A stretch of 64,000 bases of DNA from a virus: positions 32,001 through 96,000 of the IMG/VR virus record IMGVR_UViG_3300050821_009780; one strand, 5' to 3'. Position numbers and translations under genes: made by a program. Below are positions 55,600-64,000 of the stretch, in pieces. The notes under the pieces were generated by a model. That model worked only from the letters and a program-made list of their open reading frames with translations. It was not told where the DNA came from and made no database searches. How positions within the stretch are numbered: the first letter of the stretch is position 1; each line of letters starts with the position of its first letter.

Positions 55600-56721
55600 C
55601 TACATCCGGAGGTTGGGCAGGTAGCCGTTGACCCGCCCGGCGAAGTAGTGGCGCCGCACCCGGTCGATGAGCCGGGCGACCTCGGTGCCGATCTTGCGCC
55701 AGGCGTTAGCCTGGTCCTGGTAGTCCTTCAGCATCTGGGCGAGCGCGCTGCCCTGCTCGGCAGGCGGCACCGCCTGCGCCCCGTAGACGGCGGGCCGACC
55801 AGCCCCGGCATCCTTCTTGCTGGCCGAGTACAGCGCGGACTGGGCCTGGCGCAGGCAGGCGAGGGCCTGGATGACGTCGTTCTTCTCCAGCTTGAGCGCG
55901 GCCATGCGCAGCGCCTGCCGGACGGTGTTGGACAGCGTGACATCGATGCCGTCGGGCACCAGCTTCACCAGCGCGGTGCACTCCTTCGGCGTCGGCAGCG
56001 CCACGTGGGGCGGCAGCGGCGGGGACGGGGAGACAGCCTGGCTGGGCACCTGGTGCAGCCCGTACTGGCCGCGCGGGGCGGGCGCGGCCAGCTTCAGCGC
56101 CTTCCAGGCCGGCTCGTCGGTGACCAGCTGCCCGTCCTGCAGCTGCTTGAGCAGCCGGACCCAGCGGCCCTCGCCCGGGTAGTTGTCCACTACGTGCTCG
56201 GACAGCTTGTCGATGTGCTCCTGCGCGCCCTTCAGGTGCTTGCGGGCGTGGTCGGCGTTGAACTCCCAGACCACCTTCGGGTCCGGCTTGAGCATCTCGT
56301 CGGCGTGCCGCTTGGCGTGCGCCAGCTCGTGCAGCACGGTCTCGGTGAGGTGCGCGGTCGTCGCGATCCGGAGGGACTTGTTCAGCGACCGGGCCAGCCC
56401 GACGCACTGCCGGACCGCCTCCAGCTCGGCGGCCTCGGCCGGGTAGTGGTGCCGGAGGTCGTCCACCAGGAAGTGCATGTTGTCCAGGGCGACGGACAGG
56501 TGGTTGGCGATGTGCGTCGAGTGGTACTTGCGCAGCTCGGCGGTGCCTGCCTTCAGCGCGGCGGACATCCGCTCCTCCCCGTGCCCCACCGCCCGCACCG
56601 TATCGTCGATGCGGTGCGCGACGAGCATCTCCCTGGAGTCCTTGTCACCGGGGGTGGCCGGGAGCGGCAGCTTGTCCCGGCCGGGGAAGGGGGAGGCCCC
56701 GGGGAACCCGCGCTCAGCCAT
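55600..56721 (-). CDS. His-rich helical protein with an internal repeat
   Basis: H..xHL..A....L...l...YP.E motif occurs twice; start ATG 56721. Confidence 0.75.
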   Translation of the reverse strand: MAERGFPGASPFPGRDKLPLPATPGDKDSREMLVAHRIDDTVRAVGHGEERMSAALKAGTAELRKYHSTHIANHLSVALDNMHFLVDDLRHHYPAEAAELEAVRQCVGLARSLNKSLRIATTAHLTETVLHELAHAKRHADEMLKPDPKVVWEFNADHARKHLKGAQEHIDKLSEHVVDNYPGEGRWVRLLKQLQDGQLVTDEPAWKALKLAAPAPRGQYGLHQVPSQAVSPSPPLPPHVALPTPKECTALVKLVPDGIDVTLSNTVRQALRMAALKLEKNDVIQALACLRQAQSALYSASKKDAGAGRPAVYGAQAVPPAEQGSALAQMLKDYQDQANAWRKIGTEVARLIDRVRRHYFAGRVNGYLPNLRM

Positions 56722-57199
56722 TCTTCTTCCCGCCCATGGTGCGATCCTTCTCCCACTCGGCGACGTTGCGCTGCGCGGCGGCGCGGACATCTGGGTGCGT
56801 CCGCTTGCCCTTGCCGCTCTTGGTCTTCCACCCGCCGGGGTTGACTCCCGCTGCCCATTTCTTCACGACCCCCACGGCGACCCGGTAGGCATCGTGCTTG
56901 CCGTACCGCTTGACCAGGTGGAACCACAGGTGCTGAATGTACGGCGGCAGGTGCAGGCCCTTGTGGTGGAACAGCCCGGGGCCGCCCGACGGGACGGTGG
57001 GCTTGTCCACGGTGGACGCCTCGGCGGTGTGCGGGGTAAGGCTGACCGTCAACCTGCCGTGTGCTCGGCGGCAGCTAGCCGGGTCGGCATTCTCGCCGTG
57101 GTGGACTTTGGCGTACCACGGGCACTCGCTCATGAGGAAGTCGTGGGCGTGCTGCTCCTCCTCGGCGGCGAGCCGCAGCACCTTCTCCAGGGCGGTCAC
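56714..57199 (-). CDS. Hypothetical phage protein, probable head component
   Basis: MTALEKVLRLAA; LPPYIQH..AVG.VKKWA.G..AEWE. Confidence 0.75.
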   Translation of the reverse strand: MTALEKVLRLAAEEEQHAHDFLMSECPWYAKVHHGENADPASCRRAHGRLTVSLTPHTAEASTVDKPTVPSGGPGLFHHKGLHLPPYIQHLWFHLVKRYGKHDAYRVAVGVVKKWAAGVNPGGWKTKSGKGKRTHPDVRAAAQRNVAEWEKDRTMGGKKNG

Positions 57200-57702
57200 T
57201 CGACCAGGCCCTCCTTCTGCATGTGCGGGAACAGGGTGGACTGGACCCAGAACTGCAGGTCGGTGCCGGCCACCGGGTCCTGGACGCTGACCGCCTGCTG
57301 CAGCAGGGCCTGGACGCAGCGGATAAACTTCTGATCCCGTTCGGCGAGCGCGGACTGGAGCTGCTCCGGGTTGGCCCGGACCACCCGCAGCCGCAGCATG
57401 GCGTCGCGCAGCGCCGAGAGCGCGCTGTTGAGGGAGGACAGCGCGGCCCGCTCGCTGCCGGGGTCGGTGTAACCGCCCAGCTCGGGGTACCCATACGGCT
57501 TGCGGGACGCCTGCATGTGCTTGGAGAACTGGTTGATGGCGGCGGACGCCTCCATCAACACCTCGACCGGGGCACCGACCGCGAGCAGATCGGCCTTGAG
57601 CGTCTCGGCGAGCTGGGCAACCGCCGCGCGCAGGTCCTTATCCGCTACCGATTCGGGCACGTTGAACAGGCACTCAAGGCTGGCCGGGAAGGAATCGCTC
57701 AC
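57196..57702 (-). CDS. Helical protein, candidate terminase small subunit
   Basis: Size and position upstream of terL only; function is a guess. Confidence 0.4.
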   Translation of the reverse strand: MSDSFPASLECLFNVPESVADKDLRAAVAQLAETLKADLLAVGAPVEVLMEASAAINQFSKHMQASRKPYGYPELGGYTDPGSERAALSSLNSALSALRDAMLRLRVVRANPEQLQSALAERDQKFIRCVQALLQQAVSVQDPVAGTDLQFWVQSTLFPHMQKEGLVE

Positions 57703-57718
57703 CTTCCGGTAATCGGGC

Positions 57719-58060
57719 CTACTTGGGCGGGTCGATGCCGTGGCACTCCGGGTCGCCCGGCACCACGTACATCACGCCGAACTGGTCCACGTACATGCCG
57801 TCGGTGCCGAGGCAGGCGCGCATCAGGGACGGATACCCGGCAGGGGTGTCCACCCTGGTCCAGCGCGGGATCTTCGCAGCCGACGAGTACTTATCCGGAG
57901 TGGCGTTCGCCGGGAGCGCCAGTCCGGTGCGCACGGTGATGTAGGTGACAGCGGGCGCGCGGTGGGTCGTGGACCAGACGGTATTCCAGATGACCGCGAA
58001 CAATATCACGGCGAGGACACCGAACAGGAAGTGGTCGAACCTGAACTGGAGCTTCTTCAC
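57719..58060 (-). CDS. Membrane-anchored protein
   Basis: GTG 10 nt after CGAT; N-terminal TM; C-terminal Cys pair. Confidence 0.65.
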   Translation of the reverse strand: MKKLQFRFDHFLFGVLAVILFAVIWNTVWSTTHRAPAVTYITVRTGLALPANATPDKYSSAAKIPRWTRVDTPAGYPSLMRACLGTDGMYVDQFGVMYVVPGDPECHGIDPPK

Positions 58061-58077
58061 GGCAGGTCCTATCGCGG

Positions 58078-58545
58078 TTACGGCAGCTTGCGCAGGCCGA
58101 AGTTCATCTCCTGGCCTTCCAGCCGATAGTTGTCCTTGGCGAACTTCACCTTGCCGCCGAGGCCGTAGGCGGCGCCGTACCGCGCGCTCAGGTGGTTGCC
58201 GGGCACCCAGTAGTCGAAGGTCTCCTCGGTGCAGAACCGGCGGTGGGTCGGATCGGTGTAGGCGTTCCGGTGCTTCCAGTGGGAGACCCGGATGTCGAGC
58301 ACGCCGTCCTCGTGCAGCACCCGCCAGCACTCCTGCATGAACAGGACGGGCTTGTCCACGTGCTCGAAGATGTCGTAGGCGCGGATGCAGGAGACGCTGC
58401 CGTCGGCCCAGGGCCACGGAGCGGTGTCCAGATCATAGACGACATCTACTTCCGGGATGTCGGCGATGTCCACGTTGACGTACCGCGGCAGCCGGTCGGT
58501 GCCGCTGCCCAGGTTCAGGTAGATTCCCACGGCAGTGTTACCCAT
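58078..58545 (-). CDS. Class I SAM-dependent methyltransferase
   Basis: LNLGSG..NVD..DL..PWP..S...I.A..IFEH..ECWRVL..G..DPTH. Confidence 0.9.
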   Translation of the reverse strand: MGNTAVGIYLNLGSGTDRLPRYVNVDIADIPEVDVVYDLDTAPWPWADGSVSCIRAYDIFEHVDKPVLFMQECWRVLHEDGVLDIRVSHWKHRNAYTDPTHRRFCTEETFDYWVPGNHLSARYGAAYGLGGKVKFAKDNYRLEGQEMNFGLRKLP

Positions 58546-59248
58546 CAGCCAGGAGGTACCGCTGGGGCGGCGCGTCCGGCAGGTAGCAGCGGGACTGCAG
58601 GTCCTCGAAGGCGGCCGGTGAGCAGTGCGCCCCGCCGTACTGGCCGATGTGCTGGGACCTCGCCAGGTGCGGGTAGACGACCTTCCGGCCCTGCTCCCGG
58701 CACCAGTAGTCGTTGAGCCGCCAGTCCCAGCCGTTGTGCTCGTAGTTGAACGTCCAGTCGGCGGCCAGCTGCTCCCAGCGGTCGCGCCAGGTGCCCCAGA
58801 CCCAGCCGTGAAACTCCTGCTCGACGCTGACGGCGGCGGCCTGCTGCGGGTCTCGCGGGTACTGCCGGTAGGTAGAGACCGCCAGGATGCCTGGGTCAGC
58901 GGCGAACCGCTCACTCGCCCAGGCAAAGTACTCCAGGGTGTCCGCGCCGACCGTGATGTCGTCCTCGGCGAGGATGACGAAATCGTCCGGCTGCGAGTAA
59001 TCGGGGAAGGCCCCGAACCCGCAGGTGACGGCGTGGAACGGGTTGGCCTGCACGCCGAGGTGCCTGCTGTTGACGTGCACGGTCACGGACGGCAGGGCCG
59101 CCTCGGCGATGACGCGTTCCATGTGCGGGCAGCCCGGTTCCACGTGGAAGTCCAGGGGCGTGTTCTCGACGCCGCGCACCCGCGCCCAGCTGGCCAGCAC
59201 CTCCTGCATGTAGTTGGCCCGACTGAACGCGGTAAAGACGACCCTCAT
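58538..59248 (-). CDS. GT-A glycosyltransferase (GT13/GnT-I-like motifs)
   Basis: R..Y..VL.SW..EPG..AEDDI..WGTWRDRW..GWDW..RSQHIG. Confidence 0.82.
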   Translation of the reverse strand: MRVVFTAFSRANYMQEVLASWARVRGVENTPLDFHVEPGCPHMERVIAEAALPSVTVHVNSRHLGVQANPFHAVTCGFGAFPDYSQPDDFVILAEDDITVGADTLEYFAWASERFAADPGILAVSTYRQYPRDPQQAAAVSVEQEFHGWVWGTWRDRWEQLAADWTFNYEHNGWDWRLNDYWCREQGRKVVYPHLARSQHIGQYGGAHCSPAAFEDLQSRCYLPDAPPQRYLLADG

Positions 59249-59913
59249 CACCCGTTCGGCCTCGCAATCTCGGGGGGCGGCCACGGCTCGGTCCACTGCC
59301 CGGCCTCGACCATCTTCCTGGCCTGCTGGAACAGCAGCTCGTCGTACTGCATGCGCCCGCCCTCGGTCATGCCCGCGCCGCGCAGGTGCTGCGCCCAGTG
59401 GTGGGTGAAGCTGTAGCCGGTGCGGAGCCGGGACCGCCAGCCTTGCCGTGACCCTCGGTAGCTGAACCAGTCATCTGTGTAATAATGACAGGTGAGCAGC
59501 GGGACGATCTTCTCCAGCTGCGCCCGGGACACGAACGGCAGCGCGGTCATGCTGACCTCAGCCCAGTCCCGGCCGACGACGCCGACCTGCGGGCAGGACT
59601 GGGGGTAGCCGTCCGGAGCGTACACCTGCGGGGCGGGCAAGAAGCCGAGGTCGGCGGCCTCGACGGCCGGCTGCGCCCAGCCCGGGTGCGGCTCGATGTC
59701 ATCGCAGGTGAAGTGAAAGTACCGGGCACGGGTGCTGGCCCGGTCCAGCCCGGCCTGCCAGGCGGCCCCGCAGGTGGGGTGGTTGCGCTCGATGATGAGG
59801 TTCAGCTCGTAGGCACCGCCGGCGCAGTCACGGTACGCCTGCCAGCAGCGCTCGAAGTGATCTTCCCGGCCATCGACTGTCGGAATTATTACACTGATGA
59901 CGGGAAGGCTCAC
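59248..59913 (-). CDS. GT2-like glycosyltransferase
   Basis: ISVIIPT..FTCDD..HYYTDDW. Confidence 0.82.
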   Translation of the reverse strand: MSLPVISVIIPTVDGREDHFERCWQAYRDCAGGAYELNLIIERNHPTCGAAWQAGLDRASTRARYFHFTCDDIEPHPGWAQPAVEAADLGFLPAPQVYAPDGYPQSCPQVGVVGRDWAEVSMTALPFVSRAQLEKIVPLLTCHYYTDDWFSYRGSRQGWRSRLRTGYSFTHHWAQHLRGAGMTEGGRMQYDELLFQQARKMVEAGQWTEPWPPPEIARPNG

Positions 59914-60638
59914 GTCTCCTCGATCCACGTGCTGAGGTACCCGCACTCGCGGCGCCCCTTGACCTCGTAGTACTGCTGCGGCGGGTAGTGCTGGCTGAAG
60001 CACCGCGACTGGACCTGATCGAGCGGGGGCTGCGGCTGGTAGCCGAACTCGCCGATGTCCTGCGCCCGGCTCAGGGCGGGCCGGAGGACGTCGTAACCCC
60101 GGCGCTGGCACCACGCCTGATCGATCCACTGGTACCAGTCCCCGTACCGGGACTCCGCCCAGGCAGCGCTGAGCAGCGCCCACTTCTCCCGGTGGAAGCC
60201 GTGCAGCCAGCCGATGGTCTGGGTACGCCAGACAGCGGCGGGGCCGCCGTCCAGGGCGGTATCGCGCCAGCAGGACAGGGCGAGGACGGTAGGGTCGTCG
60301 CGGTAGTTGTCGCGGTGCCAGGCGTGCAGCTCCAGCGCGTCATCGGAGGGCAGGTAGTCGTCCGAGGCGAGCACGGCGTAGCCCGCCCGGCGGCAGCCGA
60401 TGTCCAGCGCCTGCTGGGTATTGCGCGAGGCACCGAGCTGCTTCAGGTTGACATAGACGTACCGCTCGGCGAAGTCCACCGACCAGCACAGCTCCCGCAC
60501 CTCCTCGCAGCCAGGCTCGCAACAGAACTGGAGGACGGCATCTTCGATACCGCGGACCTTGGACCAGGCGTCCAGGGTCTGCCGGAGGTAGTCCGGGCGG
60601 TTCCAGGCGGTGAAGGCGACAGCGGTGCGCTCAGCCAC
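59910..60638 (-). CDS. GT-A glycosyltransferase (GT13/GnT-I-like motifs)
   Basis: NRPDYL..L..W..EPG..SDD..P..SRAQDIG. Confidence 0.8.
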   Translation of the reverse strand: MAERTAVAFTAWNRPDYLRQTLDAWSKVRGIEDAVLQFCCEPGCEEVRELCWSVDFAERYVYVNLKQLGASRNTQQALDIGCRRAGYAVLASDDYLPSDDALELHAWHRDNYRDDPTVLALSCWRDTALDGGPAAVWRTQTIGWLHGFHREKWALLSAAWAESRYGDWYQWIDQAWCQRRGYDVLRPALSRAQDIGEFGYQPQPPLDQVQSRCFSQHYPPQQYYEVKGRRECGYLSTWIEET

Positions 60639-61068
60639 GGCCGGCCTCCAGCACCCGGCGGCGGATCTCGGTGGTGGAGATAGACAGGCTCTGCCGGTAG
60701 GGCACCCAGGCGAGGATGACCCCCTGGGCATCGAGCCAGTCCTGGGTCACGCCGACCTGGGCCAGGTAGTCCTTCCCCCGGCCCGGTGCCCAGTCCGTCC
60801 CGATCGCGAGCACGTCCGGATGGAATTCGGCCACCATCTCCTTGCCGGCCGAATCGTTCAGCCGGGTCTCGTAGCCGAGCAGATGGAGCGCCAGGATACG
60901 CTCCCGCTCACTCATGATCGGGGCGGGCTTGAACTCCCGCACGAACCGGTCGGTATTAATCCCGACGACGAGCCGGTCGCCGAGAGCCGCGCACTGCTGG
61001 AGAAATGCCACGTGCCCGAAATGCAGGATATCGAACGTGCCGATGGTCAGCACCAGCCGGGGACTCAC
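60631..61068 (-). CDS. Cytidylyl/adenylyltransferase (TagD/RfaE-like)
   Basis: GTFDILHFGH, LVVGINTD, ER, G.DW, ISTT.I. Confidence 0.92.
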   Translation of the reverse strand: MSPRLVLTIGTFDILHFGHVAFLQQCAALGDRLVVGINTDRFVREFKPAPIMSERERILALHLLGYETRLNDSAGKEMVAEFHPDVLAIGTDWAPGRGKDYLAQVGVTQDWLDAQGVILAWVPYRQSLSISTTEIRRRVLEAGRG

Positions 61069-61697
61069 TCGCACCACCGGAAACACGGGACGGGGATCTC
61101 CGGCCGCTCGTGCGGCTGAGCAGGCTTCGGCTGCGGCCCGTTCTGCGTGGTGTCCCAGGCGGACCACTGGTAGTCGTACACCGGGCGGCGCAGCAGCACC
61201 TCGTGCTTCAGCAGCGGCAGCACGCTGTTCACGTACACCATGTCCTCACCGGTGTAGCCGTACCCGCCGCGCAGGAAGGTGCCCTGCTTCGCCAAGCTGG
61301 ACCGCACCGGGTTCATGTGGGTGAACCGGCGCTGGTAGCCGGAGTCCCGGTTGCCGGGCTGCAGGGCGATGCTCACGTCGGTGTAGAAGCCGGGGGTGCC
61401 GTGGTTGATGTGCCGCCAGCCGACCACGTCCGGGTCGCTGCGCAGCGCCTCCAGGATGTCGGCCACGTAGTACGAGGCGACCTTGTCGTCGTCGTCCACG
61501 AAGCACAGGTAGTCACCCTCGGCGGCGTACAGCAGCCGCTCGCGGTACGCCTCCAGCAGCTCCTCGCCCTGGTTCTGCAGGGCCACCACCTCAACTTGCT
61601 CGGCGGCGGCCTGGCACTGCGGCAGCAGCTCGCTGAGCAGGTGCAGGAACTTGTGCTGCCGGCGGGCGAGGGTGGGGATGAGGACGGACAGTCTCAC
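61065..61697 (-). CDS. GT2 glycosyltransferase
   Basis: LSVLIPT..R..A.GDY..FVDDDD..GED. Confidence 0.9.
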   Translation of the reverse strand: MRLSVLIPTLARRQHKFLHLLSELLPQCQAAAEQVEVVALQNQGEELLEAYRERLLYAAEGDYLCFVDDDDKVASYYVADILEALRSDPDVVGWRHINHGTPGFYTDVSIALQPGNRDSGYQRRFTHMNPVRSSLAKQGTFLRGGYGYTGEDMVYVNSVLPLLKHEVLLRRPVYDYQWSAWDTTQNGPQPKPAQPHERPEIPVPCFRWCE

Positions 61698-62353
61698 AGC
61701 GTCGCCCGTATCCAGCCGTTCTGCGGCTCAGCATCATAAGGCGGCACCCCGTCCGGGTAAGGGTAAGGGATGACCTCCAGCCGGTAGGCGGACAGCATCT
61801 CCTGGCAGGTGTCCCGCAGCGCGGGGGAGTGCCATTCGACCAGCCACTCGGTGCGGCCCATGAGGGTGCCGGCCCCCTCCAGCACCCGGACCTCGCCACC
61901 CTCGGTATCCACCTTCACCAGCTGCGGCACCCCGTACTGCGCGGCGAGGGCATCCAGGGTGACGCACCGGACGGTACGACGGCCGGTCTCGCCGCTCCAC
62001 CACAGATCCGGGGAGTGCCCGACCAGCTCCGGGGCCAGCAGCTCCCCGCCCTGGATGGCGCCCGCGCACACGGACAGCTCCAGAGTGCCGGTGCGCTCGG
62101 CGGCAGCCCCCTGGAGGAGGGTGACCCGGCCGTCGCTGCCGAACTCCCGCACGAGCACCTCCCACGCCTCGGCGGACGGCTCCAGCGCCACCGCCCGGCG
62201 GAACCGCCCGGCGGTCACCATGGCCCGCAGCGACTGGCCGTGGTTGGCGCCTACGTCAAAGGCGAGGTCTCCCTCGAAGTTCCACAGCCAGTAGTGCAGC
62301 GGGACCGGGTCGTTGGTCTCGTAGGAGACCCCGTTGTACTGGACCGGCGTCAT
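61694..62353 (-). CDS. FkbM-family methyltransferase
   Basis: FDVGANHG, EP, TLD, KVDTEGGE..VL.G, VEWH. Confidence 0.92.
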   Translation of the reverse strand: MTPVQYNGVSYETNDPVPLHYWLWNFEGDLAFDVGANHGQSLRAMVTAGRFRRAVALEPSAEAWEVLVREFGSDGRVTLLQGAAAERTGTLELSVCAGAIQGGELLAPELVGHSPDLWWSGETGRRTVRCVTLDALAAQYGVPQLVKVDTEGGEVRVLEGAGTLMGRTEWLVEWHSPALRDTCQEMLSAYRLEVIPYPYPDGVPPYDAEPQNGWIRATL

Positions 62354-63312
62354 CCCTGCCACGCCCCGTTCCGGTCAAACTTGCGGAAGTACTCGTAGGT
62401 GCGCTTCATCCCGTCGGCCAGGTCCATCTCCGGCTCCCAGCCCAGCGCCCGCAGGTGCGAGTCGTCCAGGGACTTGCGGAAGGTAATCTGCCCCGGCGGC
62501 GGGACCTCCACGATGCACGACTTGCTCCCGGCCAGCTCTCTGGCCATCTGAGCCAGCTCCAGGACCGGGTAGTGGTCGTCGTTGCGGCAGACGTTCCAGG
62601 TGCCAGCCTTGCCGGCCTCCAGGATGGCGGCCAGGCCGCGCACGCTATCGCCGACCCAGGTGAGGCAGCGCTCGGTGCCGAGGTGGACGCGCAGGTCCAT
62701 CCCGTGCTCGGCCTCCCAGAGCATGGAGTGCAGCACGTTGTATCCGACGGTACCGGGCTTGCCAGAGATGTGCGGCTTCTCGGCCGTCCGGGGCGGCCAG
62801 TAGGCGGGACCGTAGGGCATGTTCAGCCGGGCGACCATGAGGCCCTTCGGGGCGTAGACCCGGCATGCCTCCTCGCCCCACTTCTTGGACAGGCCGTACA
62901 TGTTGACCGGCCGAAGCTGCGAACCGGGGCCGACGGTGCCGCTGTTGGCGGACTCGCCGTACACCTCGGAGGAGGACATGAACATGAGCCGGGAGCCGTA
63001 GTGCGCGCAGTCGCGGGCCAGCTGCCCGGTGAGGCCGGCGTTCATGCCTGCGGTCTTGTGCATGTCCACCTCGCCCCACACCCGGCCGTACAGCGCGGCG
63101 AGGTGGACCACGACATCAGGGCGGCGGTCCTCCAGCCAGTCCTCGCGGGCCTCGCGGCAGTTCAGGTCGAACAGGCGGAAGGTATCCCAGACCGGCTCGG
63201 TGGTGTTGGGGTAGACCAGGTCCTGGGCGTGGACCTCGTGGCCGCAGCGGTGCAGCTCGGCGAGCAGCCAGCCGCCGACATATCCTGACGCGCCAGTAAC
63301 AGCGATTCTCAT
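62350..63312 (-). CDS. NAD-dependent nucleotide-sugar epimerase/dehydratase
   Basis: VTGASGYVG, HLAA, SSSEVYG, YGLSK; start ATG 63312. Confidence 0.93.
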   Translation of the reverse strand: MRIAVTGASGYVGGWLLAELHRCGHEVHAQDLVYPNTTEPVWDTFRLFDLNCREAREDWLEDRRPDVVVHLAALYGRVWGEVDMHKTAGMNAGLTGQLARDCAHYGSRLMFMSSSEVYGESANSGTVGPGSQLRPVNMYGLSKKWGEEACRVYAPKGLMVARLNMPYGPAYWPPRTAEKPHISGKPGTVGYNVLHSMLWEAEHGMDLRVHLGTERCLTWVGDSVRGLAAILEAGKAGTWNVCRNDDHYPVLELAQMARELAGSKSCIVEVPPPGQITFRKSLDDSHLRALGWEPEMDLADGMKRTYEYFRKFDRNGAWQG

Positions 63313-64000
63313 GCGGTGAAGTACTCCGTTTTCAGCAGTCCGGCCGCCGTCAGCGGCGCGTGGTGGCCGTTCCCGTTGCCGTTCGTCGGCGGCAGGGGCG
63401 GGCAGAGCTTCTCGCTCAGCACGGCAGCGGCCAGCTCCAGCCCGGCCCGGCGGTCCTCGGTGCGGCACCTGACCTGCAGGTCCCACAGCACGCCCATCGC
63501 CCGCACCACGCGCCGGGAGTCCACGCTGTGTGCCAGCAGCAGGCGGCCCTGCAGGGCCTCGCCCTGGGCGGCAACCGTGCCCCCGGCGGACAGCACCAGC
63601 ACGTCGCGCAGGCAGGTAACCAGCTGCCGGGTAAGGGCGGGGTAGTCGCTGCAGGTGAGCAGCGCCCGGTCCAGCTCGGCGTACATCCCCTTGTGGTCGC
63701 CCTGCGCGGCGGCGGCGAGCAGGGCCGGGGCGAAGTCCTCGTCGCAGGTGAGCTGCTGCCAGGCGTCCAGGGTGACGATGTCCACCGACGCAGCCTGGTC
63801 GAGCAGCATGAGTCCGTCGCGCATGATCCCGTCGGCCCGGTCGGCCAGGTGGAGGAGCAGGCTGTCCTCGACGACAATGTCCTCGGCGGCGCAGACGTGG
63901 CGCAGCCGGGAGGCGATGACGGACGGGGCCAGCCGGGCGAACGCGAAGGGGATGCAGCGCGACCCGATCGTGTCCGGCACCTTGCCGTGCTCGGTGGTGG
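63309..64000 (-). CDS. dnaX: DNA polymerase III gamma/tau-like clamp loader subunit, 5' partial
   Basis: TTE..KVP.TI.SRC, ADGIMRDGLMLLDQ. Confidence 0.85.
   Translation of the reverse strand, partial: TTEHGKVPDTIGSRCIPFAFARLAPSVIASRLRHVCAAEDIVVEDSLLLHLADRADGIMRDGLMLLDQAASVDIVTLDAWQQLTCDEDFAPALLAAAAQGDHKGMYAELDRALLTCSDYPALTRQLVTCLRDVLVLSAGGTVAAQGEALQGRLLLAHSVDSRRVVRAMGVLWDLQVRCRTEDRRAGLELAAAVLSEKLCPPLPPTNGNGNGHHAPLTAAGLLKTEYFTA

Noticed and set aside
52695-63486. Long N-terminal extensions given by the ORF track (e.g. 54848, 58926, 60183, 63486)
   Set aside because: They overlap upstream genes; internal starts with stop/start overlaps or the CGAT motif fit better.
58078-64000. Host chromosomal polysaccharide locus and host dnaX marking a prophage boundary
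   Set aside because: Genes are compact, overlap-coupled and co-oriented with phage genes. A GT paralog lies beside the capsid gene, and DnaX lacks the long C-terminal region of cellular tau. No att site or integrase seen.
1-64000. tRNA or rRNA genes
   Set aside because: No cloverleaf or T-loop signature noticed in the few intergenic gaps; a tRNAscan run would be needed to exclude them.

Overview
A 64-kb segment of a large, high-GC tailed phage or prophage of an actinomycete host, containing the virion morphogenesis region. Almost all genes are on the minus strand. In transcription order (right to left): partial DnaX-like clamp loader; an 8-gene glycan synthesis cluster; probable internal head proteins; terminase large subunit; portal; a zeta-toxin-like kinase/GNAT fusion; MuF; a 2797-aa kinase-Nudix multidomain protein; an accessory island; HNH; protease/scaffold; decoration protein; major capsid; another glycosyltransferase; a Pup-like peptide; head-tail joining genes interrupted by a miniature K+ channel; a divergent XRE regulator; an EndoVII inserted into a GT4 gene; WhiB; a lysis cassette; major tail; frameshifted tail chaperones; and a tape measure gene of more than 3200 aa that runs off the left edge. 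Structure beyond the gene list: (i) an 11-nt frame-breaking segment starting at a TTA codon at the 5' end of the tape measure gene, a candidate for translational bypassing; (ii) a CGAT-core motif lying 9-10 nt upstream of at least 12 start codons, a candidate -10-only late promoter giving leaderless mRNAs; (iii) a 16-bp palindromic operator overlapping sigma70-type promoters. All functional calls come from motif recognition by eye; no searches were run.
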